Of a stretch of 64,000 nt of DNA, positions 56,740 to 64,000 are shown piece by piece. A program made the translations under genes and the position numbers. The notes below the pieces were generated by a model. The model was given only the letters and a program-made list of their open reading frames with translations. It was not told the origin of the DNA and made no database searches. The stretch comes from Planctomycetota bacterium (lineage in GTDB: Bacteria > Planctomycetota > Phycisphaerae > WQYP01). Location of the stretch: positions 380-64,379 of the forward strand of contig JAKBMM010000011.1 in assembly GCA_021831565.1 (NCBI GenBank), in the 5' to 3' direction. The stretch's first letter is position 1, and each line of letters starts with the position of its first letter.

Positions 56740-58458
56740 TTGTTGATCGCGCTTTATGCGCTGCCCCTCTTTCTGATATGTCTCGGTACGGGCGCCGCCC
56801 GCGACATGATGGAACTATTCAACCTGATTCCAGTACGCGAGGCTTTCCGCGACGGGCACTGGCTTATACCAACGCTGGGCGGTCTGCCCCGCCTGGTAAA
56901 GCCGCCGCTGCCGGTGTGGATTCCCGCGGGACTCGCGGCGCTGTTTCATAGCGACAACCTCTGGATTCTGCGGATACCCTCGGTGCTGCTGGGTCTGGCC
57001 ACCTGCTGGGGAACGTACGCCATCGGCTGCGTTACCTCCCGTGACCGCCGTCTGGGCCTGTTCGCCGCATTGGCACTGGCCTCCATGGTGGTGTTCATCC
57101 GCCAGTCCCGTCTGGCGTCTTACGATATTTACGCCACCGCCTTTACCACGCTGGGACTCCTGGCCCTGCTGGTTGCCGCCGAACGCCCGCAACGCTGGTG
57201 GCTCTGGTCATCCGCGGCGGGCGTGGCGCTGGGGCTTTCCGTTTTAAGCAAGGGGCCGGTTCCGCCGATGTACGTGTTGCTTCCCTACGGAATATGGCTT
57301 TTGCGCTATCATGTTCGCGAAGTCCGGGTATGGTGGGGACTGGGGTTGGCCCTGCTCGTGTCGGTGGCGGTATTTCTTCCCTGGCTGGTGGCGGTGAACC
57401 AGCAGTACCACGCCCAGTACGGGGGCAACGCCTGGGCGATCTGGACGCGGCAATTCGTACGCTATGTCGCTGCGCCCGGCCGCCAGTACGAACAGACACG
57501 CTGGTATTACCTGGCCATGGTGGGCTGGGTGTTTCCCTGGACACCGGCGATTATCGCGGGGCTGGCCATGCCCTTTTTTCCGACCCGATCCGATCCGGCG
57601 CCGACCAGTCAAGAACGCCGCGGCCGTTGGCTTTTCTGGTTGATCCTGGTGCTGGGACTGGCGCTGCTGACAATTCCCCATCAGAAAAAGCAGCGCTACG
57701 CCCTGCAACAGTTTCCCTTCGCGGCGCTGCTGATCGGGGCGGTATGGCAGGAATTTGCCCGCCTGCGCAAAGAATCGCCGCTGGAAGCGCCGGCGAAAAT
57801 TTTGTTGGCCGCCCAGGCGATTTTGATGGCCGGCATCGGTATTGGAATCGCGGTGCTGATTCCCTTGATCTTGTTTGCCCATCGCGCCTCGTCTTTCCAG
57901 ACAAGCCCTTGGACACTTATGCAAACGCTGGCCGTACTCAGGCCGGGGCTGGCCGTGCTCGGGCCGGTTGGCTGGGGACTCCTGGCCATGCTGCTGATGG
58001 CCCTGGGCGTGGGGGTATGGCGGTGGCAGTTTCAGCGGCGGTTTAATCGGGCTTTTCTGGCTTATGCCGCCGCCGGCTGGCTGTTCATGTTCGGTTGTTA
58101 CTGGGCGTACGCCGCCGGAAAGGGTTATCAAGTCAGCCGTTACCGTAAGCCCACAAAACAAATGGTGCAACTCGCCGGCGGCCATACCATATATACATTG
58201 ACCGGCGATGAGCCGTGGCTGGGAGTGTTATATTACGCCAACGAAATTTTGCCGCAGGTAACGCCCGCCGAGTTGCGGGCGATTGCCGCCAAAAATCCGC
58301 AGCAGCCGATTTTTGTGCTCACACGCGACAAGCCGCCATTCAAGGCGGACATCGCCGGTGTTCGCCGGGCGACGCGCCGCCATGGCCGCGTGCTCGATAG
58401 GATCAACGACGGCCATTATCGACAAACGCTCTTTGAGCTGTTGCCGGCCGGTTCGTAA
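56740..58458 (+). CDS. ArnT/GT39-like membrane glycosyltransferase
   Basis: G.WL.P, KPPL..W, R.PS, L.KGP, PW and RY; the frame is open back to a CTG at 56650, so the start is uncertain. Confidence 0.82.
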   Translation: MLIALYALPLFLICLGTGAARDMMELFNLIPVREAFRDGHWLIPTLGGLPRLVKPPLPVWIPAGLAALFHSDNLWILRIPSVLLGLATCWGTYAIGCVTSRDRRLGLFAALALASMVVFIRQSRLASYDIYATAFTTLGLLALLVAAERPQRWWLWSSAAGVALGLSVLSKGPVPPMYVLLPYGIWLLRYHVREVRVWWGLGLALLVSVAVFLPWLVAVNQQYHAQYGGNAWAIWTRQFVRYVAAPGRQYEQTRWYYLAMVGWVFPWTPAIIAGLAMPFFPTRSDPAPTSQERRGRWLFWLILVLGLALLTIPHQKKQRYALQQFPFAALLIGAVWQEFARLRKESPLEAPAKILLAAQAILMAGIGIGIAVLIPLILFAHRASSFQTSPWTLMQTLAVLRPGLAVLGPVGWGLLAMLLMALGVGVWRWQFQRRFNRAFLAYAAAGWLFMFGCYWAYAAGKGYQVSRYRKPTKQMVQLAGGHTIYTLTGDEPWLGVLYYANEILPQVTPAELRAIAAKNPQQPIFVLTRDKPPFKADIAGVRRATRRHGRVLDRINDGHYRQTLFELLPAGS

Positions 58459-58608
58459 CCGTTCACGCACCGGATGTTTTTGGCGCACGTCCCGGCGGGC
58501 ACGGGTTTTCCCGGTGTGCCGGGACCGCCAATCACCGCGCCGCCCCAGCCACGCAGCCGCGAGGATCGCAATCCCGCGGCCGTTTTCCGCGCCGCCGTGA
58601 ACGGTTAC
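58455..58608. mobile_element. 154-bp MITE supplying the stop codon of the ArnT-like gene
   Basis: Terminal repeat GTAACCGTTCACG; its TAA is 58456-58458. Confidence 0.85.
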
Positions 58609-58679
58609 GCCGGTTCCGACGCTGGGCGTAATCATTGAAACTTCGGGATCGTTCGTCAAAGAGGGAGCGCGGGTGTCCC

Positions 58680-58772
58680 CACCCGACCGAATCAGGAAAA
58701 GGCCATCGAAGATGCTCAAGCCGCCTCATTTTTACGGTGATTTTCGCCCCACCCGGAAAAATTGCCGCGCCG
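58680..58772. repeat. 93-bp dispersed intergenic repeat, copy 2
   Basis: Aligns with 9198-9290. Confidence 0.75.
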
Positions 58773-58792
58773 TTTTGTTGGCGGCGGCGTCT

Positions 58793-61327
58793 TCAATTTG
58801 CGCCGCGCCGGTAGGAAGCGATGATGAGCCGCCGATGGTAAATCGCCACATGCACCGCGCCGGTGCGGCGCGTTTGAATGAAACGTCCGCCCAGAGCCGC
58901 CAGTTGTTGGCGATCATGCCGGCAGGCGGCTCTGGTTTCGCCACAGGCGATGACATACCGGGGGTGGGCGCGCAAAAGCCAACCTGCCAGTGCCGGTTTG
59001 AGATTTCCCGGACCGGTTAATATCACGGCGGCGATTGCCGGAGGAAAGACAACATGGTTCAGAACGCTCCGCACCCCCTGCGTGCGACCGATGATCAGCA
59101 CGTTTTCCCGGCCATATTTTACCAAGAGGATGCAGCCGCGCCATTTCCAGGGAATCTTGCCACTCGCCGGCGGCCAGAGAATACGAATCCGCAGATGATC
59201 CGGGGTAACCAGGGTCCGGCCGGCTTCCAGCGGCTTGAATGCCAGCCCCACCCCGGACGCGGCGGAAAAAAATCGTTCCAGAGGCCGTCGGCGGCGCCGG
59301 TCGTTGATATCGCGCCAATCACAAAAACCGATTATCCCCGGATGGCGGACGCCCAGCGCGGGCAGGGCGCTGGCATGGTTGGAATCAATCTGATCGGTGA
59401 TGGCCGCGCTGATTTGCCAAAGCCCCTCGCGGCGGAGCAGGGTGTTGACCGATGCGGCCAGTCGCTGGGGCGAGCCCAGCGAACCGGCGTTGATCAGCAG
59501 CACGCGGCCGGTGGGCGATTGTACTGCCAGAGCATCGCCGCCGCCGGCATCCATCACCCACACATGAACCGCCTGATATCGCTCGGTCAATGCGTACCAA
59601 CCCGTGAGAATGGTCGCCCAAGCCACAAACGCCACCATCATACTGGCCCGGCTGGCGCGCAGACGCCGCCGCAACACCCATAGCAGAACCAGCAGATAAA
59701 AACCCGCGATCAACCATCCCGGCGGGGCGCGCACCACAATGTTGCTGATCGGCAATTGCGCCATCCGTTCCACCAGCCAGGAGAGTAGATTCGCCACCGG
59801 TGCGCCGATCATGGCGGCCGCGCGGCCCAGCCCCGGCGCCAGCAATCCCGCACTCATTTGAATAAGTCCCGCCACCAGCGCCGCGCTCACCAGCGGCAGG
59901 AGAATCAGTCCGTTGATTACCGCCAGGGGGTTAATCTGGTTGTAGTGATAGGCCACCAATGGAAAGGCCAGCAGCGAGCCAATCAGGTTGGCGATGAAAG
60001 CCGCGGCGATAAATTGCTTGATCCGCAGGGTCAGGAATGTCCACCAGCGGTCTTTCGCCCGCGCGATCTCGCCCTGCCGTCTGCTCCACTTGCCCAGCAG
60101 GGCTTCGTAAACCCGCGGTCCCAGCGTAATCAAGCCCAGCGTGATCAGAAAACTCAATTGAAACGGCGCCTCAAATACTTCGGCCGGGGTCCCTGACACC
60201 ACGATGATCGCCGTGATCGCCAGGATGTTGAGGATCCGCGGAGGCCGGCCCCGCAGCAACATGAACAGTACCAGAGCCGTGCCGACGGCCGCCCGCACCA
60301 CCGGCGGGCCGCAGGGAGTAAGCAGCATGTAGCCCAGCAGCAGCAGCATGGTCAGAATGGCGCGCGGGGTGGGGCGGCTGATGAACAATCGCAGCAGAAA
60401 CCATATAGCCGCGGCGATGATTACGACGTGCAGGCCGGAAAGGGCCAGCAGGTGGGCGGCGCCGGCCAGGGAAAACGCCCGCGCCACCGATCGCATCGAC
60501 GGATCGCGATATCCCAGTAAAAGCGCCACCAGCGCATGGCCCGCGGGCCTGTTCCCGCGCGACTGTTCGTACAGCAACCGGTGCCGCAGCGTTCGCCGCC
60601 ACGCATCCAGCCAGCCGGTCAATGGAAACCATCGCCGGTGGCGGTTTATCAGCCGAATTTGCTCCGGATACCTTGCGGTGATGGACCCGAAAATGCGGTA
60701 TTTGTCCAGGTATCGCCGATAGTTGAAGGCCCCGGGATTGAACGCGGCCGCCGGACGGCCCAGCCATCCTTCAATTCGCACGGTTTGGTTATTTTTCAGT
60801 CCCGGCAGATAACCCGCCGCGCGTACCGCCACCTTCCCCGTTACGTTCCGCCAACGGCCCTGGACGCGGCTTTGCAGCACTCGGGCGAAGAAAGTGGTGC
60901 TGGGCGCGACGGCGCTGTAGAGGACGGTTTTACGAGAGGTCTGGTGAAATTGCGGAGCCGAAATAATCAACAGTCGCGCGGCGATCAGCGTCCGCGCTCC
61001 GGGCCGTGCCGGCACGGCCCGGGCAATGTTGTTTGACGCGATCCGCCGCTGGTTGACCTGCCAGAGCAGTACGCCGGTAAAACCGATCGACCCGGCCAGA
61101 AAAATCTGACCGATGATGTTGATCCAATGGTTTTGGCCGGTCGCGACCGCTGCATCTTTGCGTGTGGACGCGCCTCTCTGGGCGCCAAGCACAGGCAGGC
61201 GCAGGCCGATCGAGAACAGCCAGAGCAGCCAACAGGCCAGCGCCGCCGCCAGGGCGATGGTCGCGGGCGGTGACCAGACGCGGCCGAGAAGCACGCCGGA
61301 AATCAGCAGCGCCGCGGCGGGAAGCAT
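58793..61327 (-). CDS. comEC: ComEC/Rec2 competence protein
   Basis: NPG.F.Y, G..HLLA.SGLHV, V.RA and FQLSF; degenerate C-terminal MBL fold; start uncertain (frame open to 61459). Confidence 0.88.
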   Translation of the reverse strand: MLPAAALLISGVLLGRVWSPPATIALAAALACWLLWLFSIGLRLPVLGAQRGASTRKDAAVATGQNHWINIIGQIFLAGSIGFTGVLLWQVNQRRIASNNIARAVPARPGARTLIAARLLIISAPQFHQTSRKTVLYSAVAPSTTFFARVLQSRVQGRWRNVTGKVAVRAAGYLPGLKNNQTVRIEGWLGRPAAAFNPGAFNYRRYLDKYRIFGSITARYPEQIRLINRHRRWFPLTGWLDAWRRTLRHRLLYEQSRGNRPAGHALVALLLGYRDPSMRSVARAFSLAGAAHLLALSGLHVVIIAAAIWFLLRLFISRPTPRAILTMLLLLGYMLLTPCGPPVVRAAVGTALVLFMLLRGRPPRILNILAITAIIVVSGTPAEVFEAPFQLSFLITLGLITLGPRVYEALLGKWSRRQGEIARAKDRWWTFLTLRIKQFIAAAFIANLIGSLLAFPLVAYHYNQINPLAVINGLILLPLVSAALVAGLIQMSAGLLAPGLGRAAAMIGAPVANLLSWLVERMAQLPISNIVVRAPPGWLIAGFYLLVLLWVLRRRLRASRASMMVAFVAWATILTGWYALTERYQAVHVWVMDAGGGDALAVQSPTGRVLLINAGSLGSPQRLAASVNTLLRREGLWQISAAITDQIDSNHASALPALGVRHPGIIGFCDWRDINDRRRRRPLERFFSAASGVGLAFKPLEAGRTLVTPDHLRIRILWPPASGKIPWKWRGCILLVKYGRENVLIIGRTQGVRSVLNHVVFPPAIAAVILTGPGNLKPALAGWLLRAHPRYVIACGETRAACRHDRQQLAALGGRFIQTRRTGAVHVAIYHRRLIIASYRRGAN

Positions 61328-61638
61328 GGGATCGGTCGCCGGCCCAGGCCCTTGGCGGGCGTGATCCGCGTGTCCCGCCTGTATCGCCGCCGCCGCTTCC
61401 AATAAACCCCCAACGCCACGAATCGTGTAACGGCAAAAATCTCCCGATCCAAGCCGCATGATCCAGCCGGATTGCTTACGCTGTCAAGGGCGTGGCAATT
61501 TTTTCGCAAGCAGGCGGAGAATCTCGATAGTGATCGGAATCGCCGGCCGGCAGCTATCGGGATTCCCTCTTCCACCATGGCGCAACGGTCCATTCTTACC
61601 ACAAGGTGACACGAAGAAATGAATGGCATTAGAATAAA

Positions 61639-63816
61639 ATGGAATATTCAGTTCCGTTTTGGCCGGGAGATGGTGGGAGGGCGTTGCGGGTGGTTTGGGG
61701 TGATAGCGGCATGTTTGTAAGAGCCATCCAGAGCGACGCCACAGTGCAATCCGGCGTTCGGGCGTTGGAGGCGCCCCTGCAGTTCGCCACGGGCGTCGGC
61801 CCGCAGCGAGCCCGGTTGTTCGCCAAACTGGGCGTTGCGACTTGCGGCGATATGCTGAATTATTATCCGCGTGATTATGTTCAGTTCCAGGGCCATATCC
61901 GCGTGTCGGAGCTTCGCCCCGGCCAGCACGCCACCGTTCAGGGACGGATTATTCAAACCCGCCTCATCCGCCGGAGGCCCATGCGTTTCGAGGCGCTGCT
62001 GGAGGAAGAATCAGGCCGCTGTGCTCTGATCTGGTTCAACCGGCGCGACCTTTCCGAGAAAATTACGCTCGGAATTTCTCTTCGTGCCACGGGAGCAGTG
62101 AATATTTATAACGGCCGGCCGCAATTGCTCCAGCCCCGTTTTGAACCTGTGGATCGCGATTCCGCGGCCGATGCTGCTCCATGCCTGGAACCGTTGTACG
62201 GCGCCATCGCCGATCTGCCTTCCGGAACGATCCATCGCATTATTGCCGGGAATCTGGATCGGCTTTTGGCGCATGTGGCGGAATGGTTTGAACCAGCGTT
62301 TCTCGCCGAACGCAATCTTTTTACACTTCGGCGCGCGCTGCAGCAAATTCATTGCCCTTTGGATTTCATCGCCGTCGGCCAGGCCCGCCGCACGCTGGCC
62401 TACCACGAATTTTTTCTGTACCAACTGGTTGTCGGCATCAAGCGCTACCATCAGAGGAACCTTGTTGGCGCCATGCCGCTTCGCACCGACGATGTCGTGG
62501 ACGCGCGCATCCGCGCGTTGCTTGATTTTACTCTTACGGCCGCCCAGGACCGCGTGATTGCTCAATTCCGCCGCGATTTGGCCCAAAACCGCCCCATGAA
62601 CCGGCTTTTGCAGGGTGACGTCGGCAGCGGTAAAACGGTCGTCGCTCTCTACGCCATGCTTTTGGCCGTGGCCTCCGGCGGTCAAGCCGCCATGCTCGCT
62701 CCCACCGAGGTTCTTGCCGAGCAGCACCTTCTTACCCTGGAGCGTTACCTTTCTCGCAGCCGGGTGAAAATAGGCCTGTTGACCGCCGGAGTCACCTCGG
62801 CCGAGCGCCGCGCCACCCTGGCCGGTCTGGCCGATGGCGCATTGGGTATCCTGATCGGTACGCACGCACTTCTCCAGGATGACATCCGTTTTAAAAAATT
62901 GGCCTTGCTGGTGGTGGATGAGCAGCATAAGTTCGGCGTGCGCCAACGCGCCGTGATCCGCGACCGCTACGCCGGCGTTCATACCCTGATCATGACCGCC
63001 ACTCCCATTCCACGCACCCTGGCCATGACGCTTTTCGGCGATCTGGACGTATCCACCATCGACGAGCTGCCGCCGGGGCGTCGTCCCGTGGCCACGCGCG
63101 CCGTCGCTGCGACGCGCCGCGCGGAAGTTTACGAATTCGTCCGCGGCCGGTTGGCGCAGGGGCGGCAGGCGTATGTCGTGGCGCCGGCCGTAGATGAAAA
63201 CACTCATGAACTTCAGAACGTGGTGCAACTGCACCGGGAGTTGCAGTCCCTCTGGTTGAAGGATTACCGCGTCGGCCTTTTGCATGGCCGGATGCCCGGC
63301 GCCCAGCGCCGCCAGGTGATGGATGATTTTCGTAGCGGCCGGATCCACGCGCTGGTGTGCACCACGGTCATTGAAGTGGGTGTGGACGTGCCCAACGCCA
63401 CCCTGATGATCGTCGAACATGCCGACCATTTCGGCCTGGCGCAGCTCCACCAGTTGCGCGGTCGTATCGGGCGGGGAGAGCACCAATCGCTGTGCGTTCT
63501 GCTTTCCGATCAGCCTGCGGACCAGTCGCTTTCCCGCCTGGACGCGATGGTAAAATACGCCGGTGGTTTCAAAATTGCCGAGGAGGATCTCAAGCTGCGC
63601 GGCATGGGCGAATTGATCGGAACCCGCCAAAGCGGCCATCCCGATTTTCACTTCACGGATCTATTGTTTGATCCGGTTCTTCTGCCGCTGGCGCGACGCG
63701 ATGCACTGGCCGTGGTGGCGGCGGACCCGCACCTGATTGCGCCTTCCCACGCTGTTTTGCGTCACGAAGCGGTGCGGCGATTCGGCCGGGCGATCGCGCT
63801 GGCGGACGTGGGCTGA
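61639..63816 (+). CDS. recG: ATP-dependent DNA helicase RecG
   Basis: QGDVGSGKT, DEQH, TATPIPR, QLRGRIGR and RQSG; start may be 61711. Confidence 0.95.
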   Translation: MEYSVPFWPGDGGRALRVVWGDSGMFVRAIQSDATVQSGVRALEAPLQFATGVGPQRARLFAKLGVATCGDMLNYYPRDYVQFQGHIRVSELRPGQHATVQGRIIQTRLIRRRPMRFEALLEEESGRCALIWFNRRDLSEKITLGISLRATGAVNIYNGRPQLLQPRFEPVDRDSAADAAPCLEPLYGAIADLPSGTIHRIIAGNLDRLLAHVAEWFEPAFLAERNLFTLRRALQQIHCPLDFIAVGQARRTLAYHEFFLYQLVVGIKRYHQRNLVGAMPLRTDDVVDARIRALLDFTLTAAQDRVIAQFRRDLAQNRPMNRLLQGDVGSGKTVVALYAMLLAVASGGQAAMLAPTEVLAEQHLLTLERYLSRSRVKIGLLTAGVTSAERRATLAGLADGALGILIGTHALLQDDIRFKKLALLVVDEQHKFGVRQRAVIRDRYAGVHTLIMTATPIPRTLAMTLFGDLDVSTIDELPPGRRPVATRAVAATRRAEVYEFVRGRLAQGRQAYVVAPAVDENTHELQNVVQLHRELQSLWLKDYRVGLLHGRMPGAQRRQVMDDFRSGRIHALVCTTVIEVGVDVPNATLMIVEHADHFGLAQLHQLRGRIGRGEHQSLCVLLSDQPADQSLSRLDAMVKYAGGFKIAEEDLKLRGMGELIGTRQSGHPDFHFTDLLFDPVLLPLARRDALAVVAADPHLIAPSHAVLRHEAVRRFGRAIALADVG

Positions 63817-63837
63817 GCGCCGGCGTCGCCTTGCGCT

Positions 63838-64000
63838 TAGTGCTCTGTCACAGCTACAAATTGGGGTTGATTGGCCGGAAACGGGCCAGATGCAAGGAGT
63901 CAGCGGCGAAAACCGGGTCCGTAGACCCATTAAGCCGTTGCGACGCCGCAGATGGCCCGTTTCCGGCCAACCCTGCGAGCGGGGGCCAGGGGGCCGTGGG
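63838..64000. mobile_element. MITE of the TAGTGCTCTGTCA family, truncated by the window edge
   Basis: Begins TAGTGCTCTGTCA; interior matches the reverse complement of 35170-35443. Confidence 0.75.

Noticed and set aside
61493-61508. Sigma54 site upstream of recG
   Set aside because: Only GG-N10-GC matches; poor fit to TGGCAC/TTGC and no upstream activator sites seen.
53056-63651. Long antisense ORFs (53056..54396, 55151..56386, 62011..63651; also 38856..40154)
   Set aside because: They overlap well-supported genes on the other strand and carry no recognisable motifs.

Overview
GC-rich bacterial chromosomal window. The gene content (PEP-CTERM array, PATR autotransporters, hairpin repeat families) suggests a PVC/Planctomycetota-type organism, which is an inference. 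Left to right: (1) two paralogous PATR-repeat autotransporters (2948 and 1212 aa) and a HepT/MNT toxin-antitoxin pair; (2) an arsS radical-SAM cluster with a four-domain glycosyltransferase fusion, a flavoprotein disulfide reductase, VTT-DUF547, CMD/AhpD, SHOCT and DsbD, divergent from SQR, ArsR-rhodanese and DsrE; (3) MFS, MarR and a MacAB/OMF exporter; (4) a translationally coupled ParB-N / ABC-ATPase-GNAT / TerS / TerL operon with no other phage genes; (5) truD, then a ~10.6 kb array of 8 intact PEP-CTERM genes plus remnants, with shared ends, variable middles, an IS1182 scar, 17 copies of a covarying hairpin always on the sense strand, and a sigma54 promoter with upstream palindromes; (6) tatA, a glycogen-synthase-like GT, ArnC/ArnT-like GTs, comEC and recG. 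Several MITE-like families are dispersed throughout. The best candidates for an undescribed system are the PEP-CTERM cassette array with its hairpin leaders and the orphan terminase module. All family assignments come from motif recognition by eye; no searches were run.
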